Shown: positions 20,156-29,998, counted from the first letter of the stretch. The stretch: 64,000 bases of DNA from an uncultured Verrucomicrobiae bacterium (GCA_963801815.1 CAWDGJ010000001.1:96001-160000); one strand, 5' to 3'. Notes: generated by a model from the sequence alone, not told the origin. A program made the numbers and translations.

Positions 20156-20776
20156 GTGCGGCACATGAAGCGCGTTTATATCGCATGCTTCGTCCTGCAC
20201 TTTCTCCTCGTCCTGTTAATCAGTGTAAGGCAGGGATTATCGGATCTCGCCCGCGGCGAAACGATTCTACCCGATAAGTGGATGCCTTGGGCGCAACGGG
20301 CCGATAACGTCGCCGCGGCAGCCTTGGGGGAACAATTGCAGGCTTCCAATCTCTATCGTCAAGGCGTCGCAGCGTACACTCACAGCACAGGTATTGACAC
20401 CGGTTATGGATTTTTTGCTCCCAATGTCTCGGTCAGCCACAAGTTAGTGTTTGAAGTAAGATATCCGGATGGCCGGGTGGAATATGAGTTGCCGCATGTC
20501 GGCGAAGGCGCCACCGGTCTGCGACTGCCGCTCCTTTTCGATAGCATCGCTCGCACGCGTTACGACTTTTTGCGCGAGACAATGCTCAAAATGATGGCTT
20601 TTTCCGTTTTTAAGGAACACCCGGATGCTTCTGTGATCCGAGCTGTATTCGGATTCATCCGGCTGCCGAGCGTAGCCGACTTCGAATCGGGCAAAGAAGA
20701 GTCCTACCAGTTTTTGTACGCCTACGATTTTCGATTCTCGCCGTCCGCGCAGCCTGAACAGCCTGAACAACCGTAG
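20156..20776 (+). CDS. SdpA/DUF5819-like membrane-anchored protein (HTTM partner)
   Basis: N-terminal TM helix containing LHF; GYGFFAPN motif; start may be ATG 20165. Confidence 0.6.
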   Translation: MRHMKRVYIACFVLHFLLVLLISVRQGLSDLARGETILPDKWMPWAQRADNVAAAALGEQLQASNLYRQGVAAYTHSTGIDTGYGFFAPNVSVSHKLVFEVRYPDGRVEYELPHVGEGATGLRLPLLFDSIARTRYDFLRETMLKMMAFSVFKEHPDASVIRAVFGFIRLPSVADFESGKEESYQFLYAYDFRFSPSAQPEQPEQP

Positions 20777-20779
20777 TCC

Positions 20780-21778
20780 TTGCCGATGCGCCTGGCTAAG
20801 CTGAAGGGATTTCTGTTTCCGGCGGAATCAGATACCTGGCTCACTGTGTTGAGAGTGGGCCTCGGGCTGCAAGTGGCCCTCTACACTTTATCGTCCCGCG
20901 CGGATTGGAACGAGCTCTTCTCCAGCAGCGGTCGCGGATTGATCAATCGCGAAGTGACCGAGGCGGTTCTTAGTGTGGAAAGTCCGCTGGCTCCCCGTTT
21001 AGGCTGGTTAATCGCGGCCGGAAGTCGCTTCGGAATCAGTGAATCAGTCGTCCTCTGGACGGTTTGGACGGTCCTTCTCGCCGCCGCTTGTTGTCTGCTC
21101 GTCGGGTTTTGTTGCCGGCCGGCTGCCATCATTGCCTGGTTTTTTCACCTGTGCGCGGTGAAGAGCGAGCAATTTCTTTCATACGGAATGGATAACTTCA
21201 CCACTATTGGGCTCTTCTATCTAATGCTTTCTCCGCTGCCCGATCGCTTTTCCCTGGATGCGTACATTCGCAGCTGGCCGCCGCGTGACGCGCATTTTCT
21301 CGGCTTTTTCCGGCGCGTCTTACAAGTGCATGTGTGCATCATCTATTTCTTTGGCGGAATCACCAAGTGCATGGGCGCGGAATGGTGGAATGGCAACAGT
21401 ATTTGGTGGGCGTTGACCTCGCCTCCCTACAACGTTGTCTCTCCGGAGGTTCTGGTGATGTGGAAGCACTTCCTGCCGTTCATTGGAATTTCCATCTGCT
21501 TAATAGAAACCGGATATCCGTTTTTCGTTTGGCTAAGGCAAACGCGTCTGGTTTGGTTTCTTTGCGTCTGCGGGATGCACCTTGCCATTGGGTGCACCAT
21601 GGGCTTGTACCTTTTCTCCCTCATCATGATCATTTTGAATCTCGCCGCTTTCGGTCCGGGATTCAGTTTTGGAGTCGCGGATTCGCCGGCGGTGAATTCT
21701 TTGGAAAGAAAAGTCCAGCCGCCAGCAGATCTTTCGGCAAGGACACCCGGCCCTCCTCCTGATACCGTAGTATTATGA
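20780..21778 (+). CDS. HTTM-domain membrane protein (SdpB / vitamin K-dependent gamma-carboxylase-like)
   Basis: LRVGLG, LLVGF..R, YGMD, FSLDA, IYFFGGITK...WWNG, E, MHLAIG..MGL..FS. Confidence 0.85.
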   Translation: MPMRLAKLKGFLFPAESDTWLTVLRVGLGLQVALYTLSSRADWNELFSSSGRGLINREVTEAVLSVESPLAPRLGWLIAAGSRFGISESVVLWTVWTVLLAAACCLLVGFCCRPAAIIAWFFHLCAVKSEQFLSYGMDNFTTIGLFYLMLSPLPDRFSLDAYIRSWPPRDAHFLGFFRRVLQVHVCIIYFFGGITKCMGAEWWNGNSIWWALTSPPYNVVSPEVLVMWKHFLPFIGISICLIETGYPFFVWLRQTRLVWFLCVCGMHLAIGCTMGLYLFSLIMIILNLAAFGPGFSFGVADSPAVNSLERKVQPPADLSARTPGPPPDTVVL

Positions 21779-21837
21779 TCGACGCCCCGAATCCCGGTGG
21801 AATAATGAAACCCCACGGGTCGGAGCGTTCATAATTC

Positions 21838-24223
21838 ATGTCCGGAGATGCCAAAACGGATTCTGAGCTGGAAATCGCGCATGTTTTGTTCATCGACACG
21901 GTAGGCTACTCCAACCTTTCGATTCAAGAGCAGCGCGAACTGCTGACCGAACTCAACCAAGTTGTCCGGGACTCGAGCCGGTTCAAGGCGGCTGAATCCG
22001 CTGGGAAATTGATTCGTTTGCCGACGGGCGATGGAATGGCCCTGATTTTTTCCGACAGTCCCGAGTCGCCTTTGCAATGCGCGGTGGAGATTGCCGAAGG
22101 TTTGCGAGACCATCCCCGGGTTAAAGTGCGAATGGGCATTCACTCTGGCCCGGTCAGCCGAGTCGTGGATGTAAACGATCAATCCAATGCGGCAGGCGCC
22201 GGAATCAACATTGCCGAGCGAGTCATGAGCTGCGCGGACGCCGGGCACATTTTGCTCTCTAAACGCGCAGCCCAGGATCTCGTCGAGTACCAGTCATTGG
22301 CAGCCATTCCTGACCGACTTGGGTGAATGCGAAGTCAAACATGGCAAAAAGGTCGGCCTGGTAAATTTTTACAATAACGAGGTTGGGAATCCCAAAATAC
22401 CGGGCGCGTTGCAGAGACGCGCCAGTGAGCAAAAGAAAGCGGAGCGCGCTCTTTTGTGGCGCAAGCTGGCGGCGACGACCGCCATCATCGCGATCTGCAT
22501 CGCCGTGGTGGCTGCTCTTCTTCTCAAGAACGTGCTGTTCAATAAAAATTCTTATCCGCGAATTCCTTTTAAAAGCATTGCAGTGCTGCCGTTCGAGAAC
22601 CTGACCGACGACAAGCAAAACGCTTATCTCGCCGACGGAATCACGGATGAGATTCTGACCAATCTTGCCAAGGTGGCGGACCTAAAGGTCATCAGTCGGA
22701 CCTCGGTCATGCAATATCGGGTCGGGATCCCGCGCAATATTCGCGACATTGGCACGAGTTTAGGAGTGGCCCACGTCCTGGAAGGGACTGTCCAACGATT
22801 GGGCGAACATCTGCGAGTGAACGCCCGATTGATTGACGCCAAGAACGGTACGCAACTGTGGGCCCAAGGTTACGACCGCCAGGTAGCAAACATTTTTACT
22901 ATCGAAAGCGATCTCGCCGAAGATATCGTGATTCAACTGCGGTCGCAGCTTTCGCCGGAAGAGAAGGCGAGCATTGAAAGTGTGCCGACAAACAATCCCG
23001 TGGCCTACGAGTTGTATCTCCGGGCCAGGGCCATCAGCAGCACCGCTGCCTTCGGCGTTCGTGAGAAAGAAAAACTACTGCAAACCGCCGACCTTCTTCA
23101 ACAGGCCATTCAGCGAGATCCCGATTTCTTTCTGGCTTACTGTCATCTGGCCCGGACCCATGACCGGATCTACATCCTGGGGATCGATCATACAGCCGCG
23201 CGACTCGAGTTAGCGGATGCCGCGATCAAGAAGGCCCTGGCCCTGCGGCCTAATGCCGGAGAAGCGCGCCTGGCTTTGGCGACGCATCTTTACACGTTGC
23301 TCGATTACGATGGCGCTCGTCAGGAACTCGCTGCGGCCGGGCGCGCGTTGCCTAACGAGCCGCTGGTGTTCGAGCTGACCGGTTACATCGACCGGCGGCA
23401 AGGACGCTGGGACGAATGCTTGAGCAATTTACGGCGGGCCCTCGAACTCGATCCCCGCAATTTCCTTATCCTCCAACAGATCTCGCTGGCGTGCGAAAAC
23501 ATGCGGCGTTTCCCGGAAATGATTGCTAGTCTCGACAAGGCGCTCCTGATTGTACCCGATGACACCCCAACTCGAATGCAGCGCGCTTTGGCCGACCTCG
23601 ACTGGCACGCCGATCCCAAACCGCTTCGAGCCGCCATCGAATCTGCCGTCGCCCAGGACCCTGGGTCCGCCGCCGGCATCGCCCAGTTCTGGCTTTACTT
23701 CGCGCTTTGCGAGCGAGACACAGTGGCAGCCGGGCGCGCCCTGGCGGTCATGACCAGTGACGGCTGTCGCAACGAAGGAATTCCTCTTCCCAAAGCATGG
23801 TGTGAGGGCGTTGCTGCGCGAGCCCGCGGCGATAACGCTTCGGCACAGGCCGCGTTTAAGACGGCGCGGACCGAAATAGAAAACAGTCTTCGCGATCAGT
23901 CCGACTACCCTGCGGCCCATTGTGTTTTGGGAATGGTCGATGCCGGGCTGGGAATGAGAGAAGAAGCCGTGCGCGAAGGACAACGCGCCGTGGAATTGCT
24001 TCCAGTTAGCAAAGACGCGATCAACGGCGCGCTTATGGTCGAATATTTGGCGCTGATCTACGCCTGGACCGGCGACAAGGATCGGGCTCTCCAACAACTC
24101 GAGATAGTGGCCAAAATTCCGTGCGACGTAAATTACGGACAACTCCGCTTACACCCTTACTGGGACCCACTCCGAAACGATCCCCGGTTCGAAAAAATCG
24201 TTCAGTCACTTGCTCCCAAATAG
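21838..24223 (+). pseudogene. Adenylate/guanylate cyclase - TM - TolB-like - TPR protein, +1 frameshift at ~22291
   Basis: HVLFIDTVGYS, TGDG, RMGIHSGPV, GINIAERVM; removing one C restores YSHWQPFLTDLGECEVKHG; KSIAVLPFEN; TPRs; WDPLRNDPRF. Confidence 0.85.
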
Positions 24224-24297
24224 CAGGCTGCGAGGAATTTCAACCGCGGATCGCGCGGTGAGCAAAGTTGAATCCACCACGCGGATGAAAACGGATT

Positions 24298-24594
24298 TTA
24301 AGACAGAGACGAACCCGCTAACGGCGGGTGGCCAAACCGTTTCGCGGACCGCGCTTTTGCCTTCGATGCTTCTGTCTCGCGATTTCGCGGTGGCGAATTC
24401 GTCGCCAGCGATTCGAGCAAATGATGCGCGGCGTGGGCGACTTCATCTACCGCACGATTGAATGCTTCTTCGTTCGCGTGTGACGGTTTCGTGAATCCGC
24501 TGAGCTTCCGAACAAATTGCAGCGACGACGCGCGAATCTCATCATTCGTCGCCGGCGGTGAAAAATTATGCAGGGTTTTGATTGCACGACACAT
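24298..24594 (-). CDS. DUF2277 family protein
   Basis: MCRAIKTLHNF.PPAT.DEIRAS.LQFVRKLSG. Confidence 0.9.
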   Translation of the reverse strand: MCRAIKTLHNFSPPATNDEIRASSLQFVRKLSGFTKPSHANEEAFNRAVDEVAHAAHHLLESLATNSPPRNRETEASKAKARSAKRFGHPPLAGSSLS

Positions 24595-24605
24595 GAGAAA
24601 GAATT

Positions 24606-24636
24606 AACCGCGGATTACGCGGATGAAAACGGATTT
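24606..24636. repeat. AACCGCGGATTACGCGGATGAAAACGGAT repeat element
   Basis: Near-identical to 19314-19342. Confidence 0.75.
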
Positions 24637-24638
24637 TG

Positions 24639-24932
24639 TTAATCGGAAGAACGTTGGCGCATCCACCGATCGTCGCGAGACTGGCGTACTGCCCGCCAAC
24701 CAGTCGGTAAGTCCGAGAGTTGAAGAACGGAAGAGTCCAGCTCCACTGCTTCTTGCAACGAAATGATTTTCGCGTTTTCCAAAGTCCCGTCGGTAGGACC
24801 AATGAACTGCCAGGCGTGATCTTCGACGTCCCGACTGACAAGCAGAATTGGCTCTTCACGCTCCATGACCTCGCGTGTCGTGAGTACCGCACAATTCCTC
24901 GGCTCATCGAAGGGCCAAGAATCTGTTTCCAT
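24639..24932 (-). CDS. Hypothetical protein (DUF2185/Imm33-like)
   Basis: WPFDEPRN.AVLTT..V.....PIL.V..D.ED..WQF...DSSV..L.DLP.GW.A.R.....W. Confidence 0.65.
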   Translation of the reverse strand: METDSWPFDEPRNCAVLTTREVMEREEPILLVSRDVEDHAWQFIGPTDGTLENAKIISLQEAVELDSSVLQLSDLPTGWRAVRQSRDDRWMRQRSSD

Positions 24933-24939
24933 CTTTAAA

Positions 24940-26397
24940 CTATTTCGCGATGCAGACGTTTTTGGGTTCTGTGAAGAAGTGTAGCGCCTCAGTGCCGCCT
25001 TCGCGGCCGATGCCACTGGCTTTCATGCCGCCGAAAGGAACGCGGAGATCGCGGACGAGCCAGCAGTTTACCCAAACGGTGCCGGTGTGGATTTGTTCGG
25101 CGACACGATGGGCGCGGCTGAGATTCTGCGTCCATACGCTTGAGGAAAGTCCGTAATCGACGTCGTTGGCGTAACGGATCACTTCTTCTTCGCTCTCGAA
25201 TGGTGTAATCGTGACCACGGGACCAAAAATTTCCTCGCGATTGGTTCGGCATGCGACCGGAAGATCGACAATCACCGTCGGCGAAAAGAAGTAACCGTCG
25301 TGAGTGCGTTCGTTAGGCGCAGCGGGCGCTTTGCCTCCGAGCGCAATCTTGCCGCCTTCTTTCTGGGCGAGATCGACGTAGAATTTTATTTTGTCGAGCT
25401 GCGCCCTATTCACGATCGCGCCCTGCTCGGTTTTCTCATCGAGTGGATCGCCTTGTTTCAACTTTGATGCCGTCTCGATGAACTGTTCGACGAACTTCTT
25501 GTAAATCGGTTTCTCAACGAATACACGCGAGCCGCACAAACAAATTTGTCCCTGGTTCGCAAACGACGAGCGAACACTGCCGGCGATCGCCGCATCGAGA
25601 TCGGCATCCGCGAAAATGATGTTTGGATTCTTGCCGCCAAGCTCGAGCGAAACTTTCTTGAATAACGGTGCACACGCTTCGGCGACCTTTTTGCCGGTCA
25701 CAGTTCCGCCGGTGAATGAAATTGTTGTGATTTTTGGATGGGCCGTGATTGCCGCCCCGACATTTGGGCCAGTTCCATGAACAACATTGAGCACGCCGTT
25801 CGGTAATCCGGCTTCAACACAAACTTCACAGAGTAAAAACGCTGTCATCGGCGTCAGTTCGCTCGGCTTTGCGACCGCAGTGTTGCCAACCGCGATCGCA
25901 GGCGCGATTTTCCAGCTCAATAGATAGAGCGGGAGATTCCATGGCGAAATTAATCCCGCGATGCCGCGTGGCTGACGCAGGGTGTAATTGAATGCGACGC
26001 CATCGGTGACGTGAGCTTCATTCTCTGTGTGCAGAATCGCCGTGGCGAAAAAACGGAAATTCGCGACTGCACGTGGAATATCGAGCGACCGCGCGAGGGA
26101 GATCGGTTTACCGGTGTCGATCGATTCTGCGCGCGCGAACTTTTCCAGATCGCGCTCGATCAGGTCGGCGATCCGCAAGAGAGTCTTCGATCTCTCCGCG
26201 GCCGGTTTCTTGGACCAATCGGGAAAAGCCTTCTCCGCTGCGGCCACGGCGAGATCGACATCCTCCTTTCCGCTATCGGGAACCTGCGAGTACGGTTGGC
26301 CCGTCGCCGGCTCGATGTTATCGAGATATTTGCGGCTCTTTGGTTCGACGAATTTACCGTCAATGAAGTTTTTGATCTTAGGAGACTCACTGTGCAT
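24940..26397 (-). CDS. Aldehyde dehydrogenase, probable 2-aminomuconate 6-semialdehyde dehydrogenase
   Basis: ISPWNLPLYLL, FTGGT, LELGGKNP, NQGQICLCGSR, WVNCWLVRDLRVPFGG; pathway context. Confidence 0.9.
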   Translation of the reverse strand: MHSESPKIKNFIDGKFVEPKSRKYLDNIEPATGQPYSQVPDSGKEDVDLAVAAAEKAFPDWSKKPAAERSKTLLRIADLIERDLEKFARAESIDTGKPISLARSLDIPRAVANFRFFATAILHTENEAHVTDGVAFNYTLRQPRGIAGLISPWNLPLYLLSWKIAPAIAVGNTAVAKPSELTPMTAFLLCEVCVEAGLPNGVLNVVHGTGPNVGAAITAHPKITTISFTGGTVTGKKVAEACAPLFKKVSLELGGKNPNIIFADADLDAAIAGSVRSSFANQGQICLCGSRVFVEKPIYKKFVEQFIETASKLKQGDPLDEKTEQGAIVNRAQLDKIKFYVDLAQKEGGKIALGGKAPAAPNERTHDGYFFSPTVIVDLPVACRTNREEIFGPVVTITPFESEEEVIRYANDVDYGLSSSVWTQNLSRAHRVAEQIHTGTVWVNCWLVRDLRVPFGGMKASGIGREGGTEALHFFTEPKNVCIAK

Positions 26398-26414
26398 GCC
26401 GCGGCTCAATAAAC

Positions 26415-26482
26415 GTTGTAGCGGTGCTTGTCTCAAGCACCGAACTAAATAAACAGGTGCTTGGGACAAGCGCCTCTACAAC
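26415..26482. repeat. GTAG-type REP doublet
   Basis: GTTGTAGCGGTGCTTG..CAAGCACCG ... GGTGCTTGGGACAAGCGCCTCTACAAC. Confidence 0.85.
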
Positions 26483-26579
26483 ATCATTGGGCTTTAGCCG
26501 AGTTGACGGGCAATGCGTGAGAGGTTGCATTGCGCTTGTATTGAAGAGCGTCCTGCCCTGTAATCGTGCCATGAGAAAT

Positions 26580-26876
26580 ATGAAACGAGCTTTGACTCTT
26601 GCCGCAGCGATCAGCCTCGTGCTAGCGGCCGTTACCCAGGCTGCCGGCGAGCAAAAATTTAAGACTGAAGGCACCATTCAGCGAATAAGCGGGGACACGA
26701 TACTAGTGCGCGCAAGCGCAGCGGACATTGAAATTACCAAGGACGCGAAAACCAAAGTAACGGGCCAGCTAAGAAGAGGTGCGGGCGCAACGGTAATTTA
26801 TGTCAAAGTAGCGGGGCAAAACCACGCCACCGAAATCATCATGGGCGGTAACGTCAGCTCGGGGCGGACCTTGTAA
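26580..26876 (+). CDS. Small secreted hypothetical protein (OB-fold-like)
   Basis: Signal peptide; GTIQRIS...TKVTGQL..GA.ATVIY....ATEI. Confidence 0.65.
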   Translation: MKRALTLAAAISLVLAAVTQAAGEQKFKTEGTIQRISGDTILVRASAADIEITKDAKTKVTGQLRRGAGATVIYVKVAGQNHATEIIMGGNVSSGRTL

Positions 26877-26934
26877 AAGCGTTCGGCGTGGCGAGCGGCG
26901 GTGACTCGCGACTTCGAAAATTCTCGCCGGTAAT

Positions 26935-27777
26935 CTACGCCGAGGCTTCGCTCGCCCAAGTCACGGCGTGGGCGCGGACGGGGGTGTCGAACCCCTTGAG
27001 AGAGACTTCGCCGACTTCGTTAAAGGCGAGCGTTTTGCCTGCGCATAATTCCGCGACCGCGTTTGAAACCAGAATCTGTCCTGGTTGCGCTTGCGAACAA
27101 AGACGGGCGGCAAGTTGCACGGTGCAGCCAAATAAATCGTTGTGATGCTCGACTGGCTCGCCCGCCGCGACACCGATTCGAAGTTGAATTGGTTTACCTT
27201 CTTTTCCATGGCTGGCGATGTCCCGTTGGATCTGGGCCGCGCATTTGACGGCGCCCGCCGCGGAAAAGAATGAAGCCATGATGCCGTCGCCGGTGTGTTT
27301 GATCTCACGGCCGCCGACAGCATTCAGAGCATCGCGCACGATTTTGTCGTGCACCTTTAGAAATTCCATGGCCGCTTCATCGCCTATGAGTTGAGTCATC
27401 GAAGTCGAGTCAACAATATCGGTAAACAAAATCGTGCGTATTCCCGGGTCGCGGTCGTGCGCGGTTCCGCCCGGAAACATGACAGCTCCAGCAGTATTGG
27501 TCTCGCTAGCGCCCATAAATAACTCGGCCATTTCCGGTTCGACCTGGATAACTTTCTCCGGCATTAGTCCATGAGCTTCTCGATGAACTTGCTCGGCCGC
27601 TTCAGCGTCGGGTGCGTGACAAAGACAGAAAACTTTGCCGGCTTTTTCATTCACCCAATACTTGTGATACGTCACGCCGTATTTGTCTTGGATGGCAACG
27701 TCCTTGTGGTGCGCGTCGGCGACGTCCTTCGCGGTGACGCCGCCTGGGATTTCATGGATGTCCATGTACGTCGGCAT
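26935..27777 (-). CDS. DUF4242 (SCO4226-like) domain fused to class III adenylate/guanylate cyclase
   Basis: YMDIH...AHHKD..Q.KYGV.Y.KYW...VFCL..AP...VHREAHG; LFTDIVDST, KHTGDG, VQLAARL. Confidence 0.9.
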   Translation of the reverse strand: MPTYMDIHEIPGGVTAKDVADAHHKDVAIQDKYGVTYHKYWVNEKAGKVFCLCHAPDAEAAEQVHREAHGLMPEKVIQVEPEMAELFMGASETNTAGAVMFPGGTAHDRDPGIRTILFTDIVDSTSMTQLIGDEAAMEFLKVHDKIVRDALNAVGGREIKHTGDGIMASFFSAAGAVKCAAQIQRDIASHGKEGKPIQLRIGVAAGEPVEHHNDLFGCTVQLAARLCSQAQPGQILVSNAVAELCAGKTLAFNEVGEVSLKGFDTPVRAHAVTWASEASA

Positions 27778-27814
27778 ACGACATTTGTAAGATAATACCG
27801 TCCTCTCAGCAAAT

Positions 27815-28327
27815 CTACCGCGGCGATACGCGATGGGAAATGTCGATCTGCGGTGGACGGACGAGCGTTTGGTAAACAACGCAATAGCGCTCGGTGAGTT
27901 TCAAAAGAGTCGCGATTTGTTCTTCAGTTGCGTCCGTGTCGAGATCGAATCGCAATCGGACGTGTTGGAATCCAACCGGAACGTCTTTCGAAACGGCGAG
28001 GGTTCCGCGAAAATCGAGGTCGCCTTCCGCGCAAACGGTGGCATCGCGCAGCGGAATCTCGAGCGCGGTTGCCACCGCGCGCAGCGTCACGCCTGCGCAG
28101 GCGACGAGCGATTCCAACAACATGTCTCCCGAGCACGCGCTCAATCCGTTTCCGCCAGTTGCGGGGTGAAGGCCCGCTTCAACGATCGCTTTCCCGGTCG
28201 CGACGTTGCAGGTCACGCCTTCGCCGATTTTTCCTTCGGCGCGAAGGGTGATCATCGCCGACTTTGGTTCGTTTCGATATCGATCCTTGATTGGCGCCTG
28301 CAACGATTTCAGCTCGGCGGCGTCCAT
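27815..28327 (-). CDS. OsmC family protein
   Basis: GLHPATGG...CSGDMLLESLVACAGVT...TERYCVV. Confidence 0.9.
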   Translation of the reverse strand: MDAAELKSLQAPIKDRYRNEPKSAMITLRAEGKIGEGVTCNVATGKAIVEAGLHPATGGNGLSACSGDMLLESLVACAGVTLRAVATALEIPLRDATVCAEGDLDFRGTLAVSKDVPVGFQHVRLRFDLDTDATEEQIATLLKLTERYCVVYQTLVRPPQIDISHRVSPR

Positions 28328-28330
28328 TGA

Positions 28331-29734
28331 TCAGGCGGCGCGCTTTGCTCCGCTGGGTTTGATGTTTTGGTTCACGCGAAACAGGTTTGTTGGATCGTAT
28401 TTTGTTTTGATTTCAGTAAGACGCTGATAGTTCCCGCCGTAAGTCGCTTTCACCCTCTCCTCGCCCTCCTCCATCATAAAATTTACATACGCGCCGCCGG
28501 CTGAGAAGGGATGCAGCGCATCGAAATAATCTTTCGCCCACTTGGAGATTTTTTCCTTATTCGCGGGATCGGGGTCGACGCCGACCATTACCTGCGCCCA
28601 ATTTGCGTCGCGGTAATTCCAGGCCGTTTCGGTTTTGTCAACCCGCGCCGCCGCGCCATTGATTGGATACATGTGCATCGTTGAATGCATCTTCGGCATC
28701 ATCTGGGCGAACCGCACATGTTGGGCGATCGCGTCGTCGCTCAACTCATTCACAAAATCAGCGCGCCAGTACCATTGCAGTCCCGGCGGATAGATCGGGT
28801 CGAACATGCTTTGCAATGCGGGCTGGGGCAGGGGACCGACGAAATCGAGGGCCGGCTTTTTGAACGCGCGAATCGGTTCGAACATTTTTTCGGCTTCGGA
28901 TTGCGGTTTCGTGCAGCACCAAATAATCCCGCACATCTTTTTCAGGTGAAGATTTTCCGGGAAGGGTGGCCCGGGTGGCACAGTGAGAAACGCAAACCAG
29001 CCGTTGAGATCGTCCGGCGCGTTGAGGATGAACTTTCGGTACCACTTCATCACTTCGGCGGCGTCGCTCAACTCGTAGAACATTGGGCCCGCATAAACGA
29101 TGTCGATCTTGTGGAGCTTGAACGTGAATGCAGTCACCACGCCGAAATTTCCGCCACCGCCGCGAAGGGCCCAGAACAAATCGGGATTCTCGTCCGCGCT
29201 TGCACGAACGAAATTTCCGTTCGCCAACACCACGTCGGCCGAAACGAGATTGTCGATGGTCAATCCGCATTTTCGGGTGAGATGGCCAATTCCGCCGCCG
29301 AGCGTTAGTCCACCGACGCCCGTCGTGGAAATGATTCCGCTTGGCACGGCCATTCCAAAGACGTGGGTGGCATGGTCGACATCGCCCCAGGTACAACCGC
29401 CGCCGACGGTCACGGTTCCCGCCGCCGGATCGACCCGCGTGTATTTGACTGCTGCGAGGTCGATCACCAGACCGTCATCGCAAATCCCAAGACCGCCGGC
29501 GTTGTGCCCGCCGCCGCGAATTGACAGAAGAACCTTGTTTTCACGCGCGAAATTAACGCAGGCAATCACGTCCGCGACGTCGACGCATTTCGCAATCAAC
29601 CGCGGTCGCTTGTCGATCATCGCGTTGTAAACTTTGCGAGCGTCCTCGTAATCCTTGTCGCCCGGTTGGATGATTGAACCCCGCAACTTTCCCTTTAGGT
29701 CGGTTACCGACGTTTCGTTAAGTTGATTACTCAT
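28331..29734 (-). CDS. FAD-binding oxidoreductase (BBE-like)
   Basis: RGGGHN, TGVGGLTLGGG, LFWALRGGGGNFGVVT, YVNF, KYDPTNLF. Confidence 0.9.
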   Translation of the reverse strand: MSNQLNETSVTDLKGKLRGSIIQPGDKDYEDARKVYNAMIDKRPRLIAKCVDVADVIACVNFARENKVLLSIRGGGHNAGGLGICDDGLVIDLAAVKYTRVDPAAGTVTVGGGCTWGDVDHATHVFGMAVPSGIISTTGVGGLTLGGGIGHLTRKCGLTIDNLVSADVVLANGNFVRASADENPDLFWALRGGGGNFGVVTAFTFKLHKIDIVYAGPMFYELSDAAEVMKWYRKFILNAPDDLNGWFAFLTVPPGPPFPENLHLKKMCGIIWCCTKPQSEAEKMFEPIRAFKKPALDFVGPLPQPALQSMFDPIYPPGLQWYWRADFVNELSDDAIAQHVRFAQMMPKMHSTMHMYPINGAAARVDKTETAWNYRDANWAQVMVGVDPDPANKEKISKWAKDYFDALHPFSAGGAYVNFMMEEGEERVKATYGGNYQRLTEIKTKYDPTNLFRVNQNIKPSGAKRAA

Positions 29735-29773
29735 AATGACGAACCACCGTGAAGGAGCTATAATCCATTAGAT

Positions 29774-29998
29774 ATGAAACAGCTTCAACTCGTTGGCTTG
29801 GCGGCTGCTGCCGCCTTCTTGATTGGTTGCGAAACCACAAATCAAACCGCCGGCGTGGGGAATCAGGAGCAAAAACGTCTGGCGCAAATCCAAAGGCAGC
29901 AACAGGAGAGTGCACAGTACACCGAAGAGGACATTAACCTCTGGAACGCGCAAGTGGATGTGTTGGATCGTGGGACCAATCCAGCGATTAAGTTCTAA
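29774..29998 (+). CDS. Small hypothetical lipoprotein
   Basis: Lipobox LIGC. Confidence 0.7.
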   Translation: MKQLQLVGLAAAAAFLIGCETTNQTAGVGNQEQKRLAQIQRQQQESAQYTEEDINLWNAQVDVLDRGTNPAIKF

